This document shows, in pieces, positions 39,008-51,804 of a DNA stretch of 64,000 bases. The stretch comes from Eledone cirrhosa (taxonomy: Eukaryota). How positions within the stretch are numbered: the first letter of the stretch is position 1; each line of letters opens with the position of its first letter. Both the position numbers and the translations under genes were made by a program. Where the stretch lies: contig OZ024752.1 in assembly GCA_964016885.1 (NCBI GenBank), positions 17,050,001 to 17,114,000 on the forward strand, read 5' to 3'. The notes under the pieces were generated by a model. It had not been told where the DNA came from and made no database searches. It was given only the letters and a program-made list of their open reading frames with translations.

Positions 39008-39088
39008 GTTTCTACCCTTAGGGTTTCGTTCGCTTTCGGAAATATCCTATCAAGGATAAATTCTCGAGCTTCGAACTCATCAGGAAAC
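39008..39088 (-). ncRNA. Type I hammerhead, diverged family B copy (unit ~38715-39290)
   Basis: Minus strand: GUUUC-CUGAUGA-GUUCG..CGAAC-GAAA-CCC(uaa)GGG-UA-GAAAC. Flanks are homologous to the 30-32 kb unit. Confidence 0.88.
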
Positions 39089-40579
39089 AAACTCACTTGG
39101 ACAAAGATTTTTCTTAAATGATCCCCGCCAGAAACGAATTCAAAATGGCTAAGAACTGTGACGTGGCAGTGGTCAAGTCAGAAAGAATGTGATTGGTGCC
39201 TTACGACGAGTGGGCTAGTTGCTAGAAAGCGCAGCCCAATATTGCCCAAATTGCATCTCAACCTTATGGGAGATTATCAAATATAAAGATTTACATATAC
39301 ACAAACTATATATATATATATGTGTGTGTGTGTATATATGTGTAGATATGTGTATGTGCGTGTGTATATGTAAGTGTATGTATGTGTGAGTGTGTGTATG
39401 TGTGTGTATGAATATGTATGTGGGCTGTAATTATCTATACATGTAGGGAAGTGAATATGTGACCAAGCATGTCGCTCCACCCACACATCCCCTCCCAAAC
39501 CAATATCACCATCGTACATTTCTGACAAATATTCCCAAACTATCCTGAATTTTCTCTTTGCTGTCATCCCATTCTTATCAAAAGACAAGTATCTTACACC
39601 TCATTAAAACCCCCCCACCACCAGACAAACACCTAAATTCATCTTTAATATAGAAAATTGTAGAAGTTATTCTTCATAAATTTAAGGTAGTTGATTCAGC
39701 TATAAGAAAAGAATTTGAAAAACATCCTGCCATTATATTCATCACAGGTCATTTATTGAAATGTAACCCGCAGGAGGAGACTTTTACAGTCCCTTTCCTA
39801 AACAGTCTTTAAACAACCCAACACCACTCCCAATTATCTTGCTGTTACCATTCACTATTTTCTGTATATGTATCTGTTAGACACGCAGTGACTAACAACA
39901 GAATGTTTTAAGTCTGCATGTTGTATGAAAATATATGCGTAGTTTGTGAATAAAAGATTCAAGGGGTATTGCTGGCCGTGGCGATTCCTTCCAAACATGT
40001 TTTGTAATGTATCGTCTTATTGGCTAATTTCATCGTCTTATTGGCTAATCAACCAATGAGAGTAATTGTTGCTCAAAAGCGTTTTGTTTGCACGTTTATT
40101 TATCGTTTCGCTTTCGAATCTTCCTCATGTATTTTGTCGTTTTATCATCAAAATATTTTTCTCGTTTTGGTAAGTTATATTGTTAATTTATATATGAATT
40201 TTTAAATTTATATTAACTATTTTTTTTCAGTTCGTTATAACATGCTTAGAATATTGGTTGTATCATATTTACTTGTATATATGTCCATATTATTGTTCGT
40301 TTTATGTTAGATTATTTTATTATTATTATGTTAGATTATTTTTTTATTATTATGTTAGACTATTTGTATGTAATATTTAATTTTTATTAATTCAACTATA
40401 ACAATTATTATGTAAAATATATTTATTTAATATTGATTGTTTTTTGTAGTTGTTTATATTAAAAGTCTCAAAATATTTTTATACATCTTACAATAATATT
40501 TATAAGATCATTTATAAAATAACAATTATATAAACTAATTACATTACAACAATAATTTATTATTAATATATATCATTAA

Positions 40580-40767
40580 GGGCGGTGAATTGGCAGTATC
40601 GGTAGAGGGTTGGACGCCATGCTTTCTAGCATAGTTACGTCCCTTTACGGTTTGAGTTCAAATCCCGCTGAGGTTAACTTTGCCTTTCATCCTTACGGGG
40701 TCGATAAAATAAAGTACCAGTAATGTACTGGTAATTTGCTGGCCTTGTGCCTAAAGTAGAAACAATT
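40580..40767 (+). mobile_element. tRNA-derived SINE, full copy
   Basis: GGCGGTGAATTGGCAG..GAGTTCAAATCC..GTCGATAAAATAAAGTACCAG..GTAGAAACAATT. Confidence 0.85.
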
Positions 40768-41109
40768 ATTAATATATATCATGTTTAACTAGAATTATTA
40801 CAAGCGTTGCCTTAAAAAGATATTAAACTAGACCTGAAAAATGCGCAAGCTCAAAAGAGCCACAACATGTTATAATAAAATTTCAAAAGTGTGGGACTAG
40901 AGTTGTTGCTCAAAAATATTGTAATCATTATCTATCGTACACTCTGTGGCATCCTTTTATAAAAAAAGAGACTCATAACGAACTCAAGATGACACGATAA
41001 TTATTTAAGTGAATTTATAATATAGAATTCGGTTTAAGTGCATTTCGTATTAATCATTACTAAACATCTAATATGAGATATTGAACATTAGCTTAAATAA
41101 TTATCGTGT

Positions 41110-44100
41110 CGTTGTGAGGCGGCGAGATGTACAGGATCTGTGCAGTGTTCGTGTGATGCGTGGGGCAGAGTGTTGGACCGACCATCGTCTGGTGAGAGCA
41201 AGAGCAAGATGTGTAGTTCGTAAAAGGGAGAAACGGCGAGGGGTATCACTTCCGAAACGGCTGAACGTTGCCCGTCTGAAGGATCCTGAAGTCAGAGAAA
41301 ATCTGGTTAAAAAGATGAATGCGTTAGAGTGCGGAAATGACTGGACTTCCTTTAAGGAGGCAGTTTATGGGGCATGTGCTGATGTTGTTGGATTCACGGA
41401 TAAGAAGCATCAGGATTGGTTTGACCAAAATGACAAGCTTATAGACAAGCTTTTGGAGGAGAAATATATGCTCCACTCCGCATTGCTTGGTAGTGATTTA
41501 AGTACCGATCGGCAGAAGGCAATCGCTGATAAGCTGAAGCTCGTAAAAGCTGATGTGCAACGAAAATTGCGTGAAATGAAGAATAAATGGTGGAATGACA
41601 AAGCCGATGAAATACAACTTGCGTCGGATGTGAAGGACGTTAAGGCAATGTATAATCTTCTTCGTGAAGTGTATGGACCACCTACATCACCAGTTGCGCC
41701 TCTTAGGACAAAGGATGGCAATCAGCTCCTTAGAGATCCCAATGATATCCTGTTGAGATGGCGGGAACACTTTGACGAGCTTCTCAATAGGGATTCAGAG
41801 GTTGACGAAGAGTTTATCAGGTCCATACCTGATAAGCCAGTAAAGGAAATCCTTGCTGAGCCTCCAACGATCGAGGAGGTTAAAAGTTCTGTCAGGAAAC
41901 TCAACGGTGGGAAGTCGTCCGGATTGGATGGGCTGTATGCTGAGATCTTGAAGCACGGTGGAGAGAATCTCTTGCACCGACTTCATTCTTTGGTTCTGGA
42001 TGCCTGGAACAACAATCATGTTCCCAATGACTGGAAGGATGCTGTGATGGTTGTTTTGTACAAGGGAAAGGGAGACAGGGATAACTGCGGAAACTATCGT
42101 GGAATATCACTGTTGTATGTTGTCGGCAAAGTAGTTCTCTGTAGAATTCTGTTGGGCTGTTTGTTGCTCCACATTGCTGATGAAACTCTACCAGAGTCGC
42201 AGTCGGGCTTTTGGGCTGGGCGTGGCACTGTGGACATGATCTTTACAGCCAGACAACTGCAGGAAAAGTGTGTTGAGCAAAATATGGATCTCTACCAGGT
42301 GTTTGTTGGTCTGACAAAGGCGTTTGACACGGTCAACAGAAAGGCTTTATGGGATATCTTGAGGAAGCTGGGGTGCCCTGAGAATTTTTTTTTCCATTTT
42401 GCGTTTGTTTCATGATGACATGAAGGCATAGGTAAATGTTGGTGGAAAGTTCTCTGAGCCGGTGACGGTCGAGAATGGAGTCAAACAGGGTGACATTCCA
42501 GCTCCAACGCTCTTTGCTTTTTACTTCTCCATTGTCTTCGAACAGGCCTTCGGGAACTGCAATCATGGTATATATGTTCGCTATCGATCAACTGTAAAGC
42601 TGTTTAATAACAGGAGGTTCAATGCTAAGTCAAAGGTTCACTTGTCTCTAATCAGGGATTTGCTTTATGCAGATGACTGTGACCTGGTAGCGCACACTGA
42701 GATTGATATGCAGCATCTCATGGATGCATTTTCTAATGCGTGTACTGCATTGGGACTTACCATAAGCCTGAAAAAGACAGTAGCCATGTACCAACCAGCC
42801 CCTGGGAAGCCATGTTGTGAGCGCAACATCTTGGTTTATGGTGAAAGGCTAAGGGTCGTTGGCAGTTTTGTATATCTTGGAAGCACTCTGAGTATGTCCT
42901 GCGATCTTGATGGGGAAATATCAAACAGGATACAGAAAGCCAGTGATGCTTTTGGAAAACTGAACAAGCGTCTCTGGTCTCAACATGGAATTTCGGTAAA
43001 GACAAAGCTCAAAGTATCATGCGTGTGTGCTCGCGGCACTTCTTTATGCTTGTGAGACGTGGGTGGTCTACCGTAGACAGATGAAGCGACTTGAGAGGTT
43101 CCACCAGTACTGCTTACGTCGGATCCTCGGCATAACTTGGCAAATGTTTGTCAGTGACGTCGAGGTTCTGGACAGAAGTGGCTGTGATAGTGTCAAGTCC
43201 TTGATTTTGAAACATCAGCTGCGTTGGACAGGCCATCTTATAAGGATGAATGACAAGCGAATGCCGAAGCAGCTGCTTTATGGCGAGCTCCAAATGGGGA
43301 AAAGGAACGCGAGCAAACCCAAGATGCGTTTTAAGGACTGCATCAAGGGGGCGCTCAAGAAAAGTAACATCCCTTGTGAGCACTGGGAAGCATGCGCTAG
43401 CGACCGATCGCTTCCCACCTACATTAGTGATCCCCTCTGGCTTCTCAACATTCTTTACTACATATTTTGTTTTAGTCTCATTCATTATCAGCCCCACACT
43501 CATCGACACAGTCTCAACCTCCTGCATCAAATCCTCTGCCTCCTTCACTGTATTTGTCACCAAAACTATGTCGTCGGCAAATTCAGCATCCGATATCTTT
43601 TTCGCCTTAACTCTCCTGCTCTGAGCCGGTGTTACAGTAAAGCCAGAGTCCTGGTGTTTCTCCAGTGCAAGGCGCATACAATAGTCCACTATGATGATAA
43701 AAATATCAGGTAGATCAGGCGGCTGTTTGAAGAACTGGATATTGAGACAGAGCCCTTCACCAGAGAGGAGCTTCAGAGAGCCAAGAAGATCAAGGAGGGC
43801 AAGGCTCATGGAGAAGATGGAGTGGCATCAGAGGTAATGAAGAGGTGTGATTTTGATGATATCATCCTGGGGTTCTGTAACCAGGCACTGGATAAAGGAG
43901 TTGCCCCGAATCAGTGGAGGATCAGTAACATCGTCCCAGTGCCAAAGAAGGGAGATCTCTCTAACACCAACAACTACAGGGGGATCTCACTGACATCACT
44001 TGTGGCAAAGACCCTCAACAGGATGATTCTTAACAGGATCCAGCCTGAGATGAAGAAGAAGCTCAGGGACAACCAGAACGACTTCAGAGCAGGAAGATCA

Positions 44101-45035
44101 ACCACCAGTCACATCCTGATGCTGAGGAGGATATTAGAGGGAGCTAGAGCAAAGTGCCTTCCTGCGGTCATGGTTTTCATTGACTTTAGGAAGGCCTTTG
44201 ATTTTGTGGACCGTCACTGCCTGATGAAGATCTTACAGGCTTCAGGAATCCCAAAGAAGATAGTGGACCTGATATCACTGCTCTACACCAACACCAAAGC
44301 CCAAGTCATTACACCTGATGGGAGTTCTTTGAGATACTGGCTGGAGTGCTCCAGGGAGATACATTGGCTCCTTATCATCGTAGTGAACTTTTTATGTATG
44401 TCTATTTATCTATCTATTGATGTACGCATATATATATATATATAATTATTTCTATTTTTGGCACAAGGCAAGCAATTATCTCAGTGCATTACTGATACTT
44501 TATTTTGTCGACCCCGTAAGGATAATAAGAACAAAGTAGAGGTTTTACATACGAGATTTATTGCTTAACCCAGTTATCTTTCCCAGGCAGCTCGCTCGTG
44601 ATCTGGGTTCATCATCCCAGACCAGACTCCAAGTCTGCCTGATCCTCAGACCAGTGTTAACACATCGAAAAGGAAGGTAAGGAAAAGAGACTGCTCTAAA
44701 CTGCCTGCTGTTGAACATCATCTGGTTTTCCAGCACTGTGGTCGAGTCTGCCTGAATAAAACTGGTTTGACTAGACACGAACAAAGTCATATCAGTAGAC
44801 CTTATGTAGATTATGTCCTGAAAAGGTGTAAAGAATGTGGCAAGAAGTGTGCTAGCATGGGAGGTCTTAAAATACACATGAGAACACACAGCCAGAACAA
44901 AGCAATGGAAAGTCCCGGAGGAGCCTATAGCTGCCAAGTATGTGCCAGAGGGTGCACATTTTTGGCTGGTTTGAAAAGCCACATTCGTGCCTCACATTTG
45001 GCTATGCTTGATCATGAGTTTGCGGCCATCATGTA
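41110..45035 (+). mobile_element. Degenerate RTE (BovB-like) LINE, related to 3597-7075, interrupted by insertions at 43408-~44580
   Basis: ORFs 41081-42415, 42462-43055 (KQGD, YADD) and 43027-43408. The C2H2 tail resumes at ~44670-45000 (CKECGK..HMRTH, CQVC..SHIRASH), followed by GCCATCATGTATG. Confidence 0.88.
43408..44387 (-). mobile_element. Internally inverted fragment of the 14.5-17.8 kb RTE family
   Basis: 43408-43707 is the reverse complement of ~16912-17202; 43712-44387 is a forward copy of ~16238-16927. Confidence 0.88.
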
Positions 45036-45240
45036 TGTGTGTATGTGTATATGTGTGTGTGTATGTAGGTATGCATGTAAGTCTGCTTGTGTGTGTGCGC
45101 GCGCGTGCATGTATGCATGCATATTCGTAACAAGACTAACTATTTAACTTTAAAAAATATGAATCTCTTTCTCTCTCTCTTTGTCTCTATATCTCTTTAT
45201 GCATGCATATATGTGTGTATGTATGCATCTCTCTCTTTCT

Positions 45241-45312
<72 letters not shown>

Positions 45313-45344
45313 CGTGTGTGTGTGCGTGCATGTGTCTGTATGTA

Positions 45345-46962
45345 TGTTAGGTCGCTCTTCAGCGCTACTGGTAATAGGTAACCCAGTACAACCTGTTCAT
45401 GGTTGGATCGTCGGCGACTAAAACTGCAAGTTCGCCCAGCTTGATTGGTGAGGAGGAGGATTTTGGACACCCTGCGAGATGCAAAACAAAACCCGTCAAA
45501 GGGTGGGAATCAGGAGTATAAACGGCCATCCAAGAAAGTATTTTTTAAGGGGGGGGGGGTGGAAGGAGAGAGCCCTCGTCTTAATTAAGACATCTCTCTG
45601 GAAGGTCACTCTGATATAAAACCTGCGACATCGTTTGCATCCAATGGTGTAGACCAGTTCTATTTTTTGAGTAAATGTATTCGATGTTCAGAGGGTGGGA
45701 TTGGCTCCGTGCACAGTCTTTCCTCACTTAAGAAAGTTTCAAGCCCCGGCATCGCTTGATATGTGACATTTTTTGTGATGCATGGTATTGCTGGCCATAG
45801 GCAGGTCCCTAGCAGGACTAAAAAGCTACGTCCGTGATATTCATGCTTAAGTTTCAAGCGATGGCATTACGCGAAATCGAGTTTCATGTATGTATGTATG
45901 TATGTATGTATGTATGTATGTATGTATGTATGTATGTATGTATGTATGTATGTATGTATGTATGTATTGGGTAAGAGAGTGCGACTGGCTTTGTGCAGTG
46001 CCTTTGCTCACTATAAAAGCTTCACGGCACAGGCATTGCTTTATATCTGGAGATCTCTCTGCACTTGTCGTCACATGGTACAATGGGCCCAGCACTATGT
46101 GTCAATAATTGTCACAAGTGTAGTGTTTGTACCAGAGTTTTCAAGTCGCTGGCTGGACTAAAAAGTCACACTCGTTCAGCGCATCGGTAGGGGTTCTCCT
46201 ACATGGATATAAAGTAGTGGCCGTACTCGAAAACGAGTTGGCAGCCACCATGTATGTATGTATGTATGTATGTATGTATGTATGTATGTATGTATGTATG
46301 TATGTATGTTATCTACTGGTAACATGTATCCCAGTACAACCTGCCTCATGGTCGGGTCGTTGGCGACTAAACTGGCAACCCCACCAAGGTTTCTTGGTGA
46401 GGAGGGTGACTTTGGACATCCTGCAGGACTAAAAACAAAACCTGTCAAAGGGCAAAGGAGCTCTTAAGAGTCAATGGCCATCCAAAATCACCGGGAGAGA
46501 TGACCCCTTAGCCTTGTCTGATATAACACCTGCAACCCTGATGGTATCCAATGATGTTGACTTGTTCTTCTTTTTGGTAAATATCATCTTGGTTAAGAGA
46601 GTGGGACTGGCTTTGTGCAGTGCCTTTGCTCACTATAAAAGCTTCACGGCACAGGCATTGCTTTATATCTGGAGATCTCTCTACACTTGTAGTCACATGG
46701 TACCATGGGCCCAGCACTATGTCTCAATAATTGTCACAAGTGTAGTGTTTGTACCAGAGTTTTCAAGTCACTGGCTGGACTAAAAAGTCACACTTGTTCA
46801 GCGCATCGGTAGGGTATCTCCTACATGGATATAAAGTAGTGGCCGTACTCGAAAACGAGTTGGCAGCCACCATGTATGTATGTATGTATGTATGTATGTA
46901 TGTATGTATGTATGTATGTATGTATGTATGTATGTATGTATGTATGTATGTATGTATGTATG
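45345..46962 (+). mobile_element. Cluster of non-autonomous RTE-related bipartite elements with (TATG)n tails, partly tandem
   Basis: 5' module at 45345 and 46312; 3' module duplicated at 45970-46250 and 46592-46873, each followed by (TATG)n. Confidence 0.7.
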
Positions 46963-47660
46963 TTCTTCTGGTTTTATAATTTCATAAGGTTTTACCAATA
47001 GAGAGAGAGTCGGTTTCTAACATAGACACAAGGCTCTCTCATTGGAATTTACACAACATCAACTAGGTAGATATGTATGCATGCATGCGTAGATATGGAT
47101 GTTATTGTATGTGTGGATGTGTATGTTTTGAGTTGTATGTGTGCATGTGTATATGCTTTTTATCTGTACATGTGTATAAGCAGTTATTAGATGCAAAATA
47201 TTTGGAATGTTTTACATATTCTTTACTGTTCTATTAATGGATTGTACTTGTAGTTTCCTAACTAGTTGTTCTTTCTGTTCCTGTGAAGCCTAGCTTCTCA
47301 AGATTTGTATTGAGGCAGTTACTAACATATGCCAGTGCTCCAATAATCACAGGCATAAATCTGAAGGTGTAATCAGGGTGGAGTATCTGCAGATTTCTCA
47401 TCAGTTCTGCATAAATATTCTCCTTTTCACTCATCTTTGATATTATATTGGCATCTGCTAGGCAGCTAATTTCCACTACTGTGTATGTTTTCTTTTCCCT
47501 TTCCCATATCATAATATCTAGTCTGTTATGCCTGCATTTTATTGGGGTTTTTACTGGAACATTTCACCAGTACTCTTTCATATTATGTACATATGTCTTC
47601 CACATTGCTGTAGCTTTTAATGTGTTTATTATCGGGGCTATCTTTTTTACGAACTGCATT
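46962..47660 (-). mobile_element. R4/Dong-like 3' fragment
   Basis: ORF 47258-47512 (MIWERE..VEISC) and the 3' UTR match ~1875-2546. Confidence 0.88.
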
Positions 47661-47776
47661 GTATGTATGTATGTGTGTGTGTAAGCATGTATTCATGTGT
47701 GGTGCAAGCTGAACTATCGAAGATATACCCAAATTATAGATATTGTTCAGGTGTTTTGCAACCTTTATTCATATAA

Positions 47777-49020
47777 CTAAAGACGAATCCATTGTGGCAG
47801 AAAATAATCATTATAGTCAGCACTGTACGCATTTCGAAGTCCGGATTTTTCTTTAGCTGGTGGGAAAAAGTAAGTAACTTTTCCTTTACATAAGAATCCA
47901 GCCCACCAGCTGAAACTACCTACAGAAGAAATCAAATGATCACTGCTAGATAGAATAGCCATATCTTCTATTGCTGAGTTACCCTTTACAAAATAAGTAC
48001 TATTGTCAAATATATTTTTTTCACACCATGGTATACCATTAGAACAAACAATAAATATCACATTTTTATAATGAGATCGAAACCATTCTTTTGCCTTTAT
48101 GAAATATTCCTTTGTAGCCACGTTATGTCCATGAGAGTTGTTAACCATATCACCACGTCGTACATGTATTCCCACCAACGTCCAGTTCTTTATTGATGTA
48201 TTTATAGAAATGTTTTCATGAGTTTTAACAAAGTTCCTTAGAATTCTAACAGCTTTCTGTTTAATGTTCTTTTTAAAAGTGAACTGGGAATGGATTTCGT
48301 CGAATATGTGTTCAAAATACTTGTAAGACTGTAAATATGATCCAATAATAATATTGTTATTATTACTAATATTAAAGAAACTAGGATCAAAAGAACTGGC
48401 ATGGTGTTCATATTTTCTTTTAGCCTTATTGCAAGAAGATTTATTTTTCTCAAAACCGTATATATTAAATATTTTTTGTAAATTTATGTCATCATTACGA
48501 ATAGTCACATTCATATTTTTTAGTCTTGCTAAACCTAAACCCGTTGCAAAAATAAACATTTGATTACCCAACCTTCCAATTAAATTGATGCACACGTATT
48601 TTTGTGTAGTTCTTTGTCTTTCCAAACTTGTAGTATTATTGTAGGTAGGTGGTTGAGTGCTTGTTGTTCGTGTTTCCAAACTTGTTGTGTTATGGTAGGT
48701 AGGTGGTTGAGTACTTGTTGTTCGTGTTTCCAAACTTGTAGTGTTATGGTAGGTAGGTGGTTGAGTGCTTGTTCGTGTTTCCAAACTTGTAGTGTTATGG
48801 TAGGTAGGTGGTTGAGTAGATGTTATACGTTTCTTCAACATGGTCGTCTTAAGAAGAGTAGACGGTGTGGTGAACTTTTCCAATTTGCTATTTCTTATAA
48901 AATTGACTGGTGATTTGAAATTAACTATTCTTTGTTGAATTCCGGTGAAGGGAATTCCCATAAAGACAAAATACAGGGAAACAACAGCCAACATACAAAG
49001 CCATAGAAACTTGCGTTGAT
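47777..49020 (-). CDS. Galactoside alpha-1,2-fucosyltransferase (GT11, FUT1/FUT2-like), type II membrane protein with mucin-like stem
   Basis: Uninterrupted frame (ORF 47777-49177) with TM FLWLCMLAVVSLYFVFMGIPF and motifs GRLGNQMF, YLQSYKYF, GIHVRRGD, DMAILSSSDHLI..GSFSWWAGFL. A polypyrimidine-TTTTACAG acceptor ends at 49021, so the true start is probably in an upstream exon that I could not locate. Confidence 0.92.
48606..48826 (-). repeat. Coding tandem repeat, 4 x 51-54 bp (TSTQPPTYHNTTSLETR)
   Basis: Visible in both DNA and protein; in frame. Confidence 0.95.
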
Positions 49021-49407
49021 CTGTAAAATAAAAGTAGAAATTATATAATGTAACTAGCTGGCCCCGTGCCGTCAAAAATGATGGCTCATTGTAATATCTA
49101 TACATAATATAAACAAGAGATGTTTGTTGTTTGTTTCTTGGCACAAGAGTGATACGAATACACAAAGGCACAGCCAATGTGTAGTCAATTCGCTATACAT
49201 ATACACAGACAAGTGTGACGAACCATAGAACGCTGGACTGCTATAGTTTCTCACCACTCTCCCTTCCTCAGTCATCACATACATGTGTGTGTATGTAATA
49301 ATCATTTCTCTAAGTGTGTCTGTTTATATATATGTATGTGTAGATGCATGCGTGTATTTGTAATTGTATAGTCTACGTATCTTTCTAAATAAAACACACA
49401 CACACAC

Positions 49408-49456
<49 letters not shown>

Positions 49457-49599
49457 TATTATATATAAATATAATTTACACAAACACACACACACGCACA
49501 AACACTCACATAATCATAACAGCCAATGTGTGTAGCCAATTTACTATACATATACACACACATACAGGAGTAGCGAATGTTAGACGCTGCTTCCTGTAG

Positions 49600-49832
49600 T
49601 TTGTCATCATCCCTTCCTTCCTCAGTCATCCCTTGTGCGTGACGTCTCACCCCTTCCTTCCACAGTCATCTCTAGTGCGTGACGTCATCACCTCTTCCTT
49701 CCTCAGTCGACGTAATCCCTCTTCCTTCCTCAGTCGACGTTATCACCCCTTCCTTCATCAGTCGACGTATTCCCTCTTCCTTCCTCAGTCGACGTTATCA
49801 CCCCTTCCTTCCTCATTCGACGTTATCACCCC
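49600..49832. repeat. ~28-bp minisatellite upstream of the fucosyltransferase
   Basis: Repeated CAGTCGACGT(T/A)ATCACCCCTTCCTTCCT; one TGACGTCA at 49680. Confidence 0.8.
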
Positions 49833-51226
49833 TGTATGTGTATGTGGACAATTTTTAATGAGGGCTCATATATTCTAAACCATTCATGCGATTTCTTTTA
49901 AATTTTTTACAGAGCTTCTCCTTGCACAAAACCTGTACATGATCTACAAAGGCTTTCAAAAATCGATATTGGGACCTTTGGAGACATTAAAAAAGTTTCG
50001 GTTATTTGTGTGAATTTTCGAGATTACGTAAGACAAGAGTTATCTTTAAGTGAAGACAAGAGTTACCTTTCATAATTCGGCTCATTCGGATTTTAATTTA
50101 CTCTTTGTACTTGAAACAAAAGCTACGCTTCCTTGAGACTAACAATATCATTTTGTATATTTTACAACCAGCAATTTCTAACAGATTACTAAGTTAAGTT
50201 ATAGATTTGACATTGTATAATTTATCGTTTCAAGCTTGATGTTCATACATTAAGTGATGTCATAACTTTTATAATATTATGCTTTGTACATAATAGTGTC
50301 TATTATTCACTTCACTTCTCTATTTCATGATGCGCTTTTACTGTTGTCAAAAAAGACACCGAGATCACATATTAATTATTTCGCTGGAATAGTGCCTAAG
50401 GTTTTCATGTTTACATAAAGTACGTTTTTCTTCTATGTATGCAAATTTACTTTGTTTAGTTTAATGAGCTACACCGAAAGCTACTTGAACCGTCCAAAGG
50501 ACGGGTAGTTTAACTAGTATAGAATAGAATTAGAATTTAGCTTCGAGCATAGCTGTATACAAATATGTATTTGAATTTCGTATTTCTAAAGAAATACGGT
50601 ATGTTTATAACTAAACATTTACAAAAGCCGTAGCTTAAGTTTTTTGTTATACACGTACCGTATTTCTGGTTTCATTAGCTTTACCCATAGCTGTATACAT
50701 ACATGTATTGAAATGTATGTTTATCCATAAACGTACATACATATGTATGGATAATAAACATACATATATATGTTTATCCCAAGTGTCTGCTTGGTAATCT
50801 GCTCAAAATAAATGTTTGGCTTATTTTATTATATGAGAAAATTCTTTCTTTTTCCAACACCACCACCTCCACCCTTCCATTACCATCATCATCATCACCA
50901 CCACCAACACCACTATCATTATCATCTTCGTCACCACTACTGTCACTAGCACTACCGTAGCCACCAACCACAACCATTTCACTACATCTCACCCCTTTCT
51001 CCTGTTCCGATCTTAAACACAGACTGAAATCCATACCTTTCGCAAATCTTTCCCTCTCTCTATCTCTTTCCTTTTCTCTCCCATTCTCTTTCTCTCACTA
51101 TATCTTCCCTACACTCTCTCTTCCATTCTCTCTCTGATATTTTCTCTCTCCAACACTCCCTTTCTCTCGCAGACTATCTTTCCCTCTCGCTCTCTCATTC
51201 TCACCCTCTCATTCCATTTACCTCTA

Positions 51227-51675
51227 ATGAGGAATCTGCAGATACTCCATCCTGACTATCCCTTCAGATTTATACCTGTGATTATTGGAACACTGGGATA
51301 TGTTAGTAACTGCCTCAGTACAAATCTTGATAAGCTGGACTTCACAGAACCAGAAAGAACACAATTAATTAGGAAATTACAAGTACAATCCATTAATAGA
51401 ACAGTAAAAATATGTAAAACATTCCAAAAATTCTTCATGTAAATATTGCATGTACACATGTACAGATACAAAACATATGACCATGCACACATATAACTCA
51501 AAATATCTACATCCACACATACAATAACATCCATACTTACACACACACACGCATACAGATATACATACGTAACTACCTAGTTGATGTTGTGTAAATTCCA
51601 ATGAAAGAATCTTGTATCTATGTCAGAAACCGACTCTCTATTGGTAAAATATATAAGAAATTATAAAACCAGAAC

Positions 51676-51680
<5 letters not shown>
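51227..51680 (+). mobile_element. R4/Dong-like 3' fragment
   Basis: MRNLQILHPDY..KICKTFQ plus the 3' UTR ending AAAACCAGAACATATAC. Confidence 0.88.
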
Positions 51681-51716
<36 letters not shown>

Positions 51717-51758
51717 ATTAACAACAAAGAGCGCTTAGAACATAGGTATATCTTTAAT

Positions 51759-51804
51759 TGCTAACAGTGTTTCGTCCACACTAGAAGTGGGACTCTTCAG
51801 AGCA
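51759..51804 (-). ncRNA. Type I hammerhead ribozyme (GUU)
   Basis: Reverse complement of 52880-52925 with C17U. Confidence 0.82.

Noticed and set aside
39650-39810. Short open frame that might be a host exon
   Set aside because: No recognisable motif and no convincing splice donor.
44767-45147. Stand-alone C2H2 zinc-finger gene
   Set aside because: It is the displaced C-terminus of the RTE at 41.1-43.4 kb and ends in the RTE 3' tail.
49021-49177. N-terminal extension of the fucosyltransferase ORF
   Set aside because: The ORF has no clear start context and contains a strong splice acceptor at 49021; probably intron.
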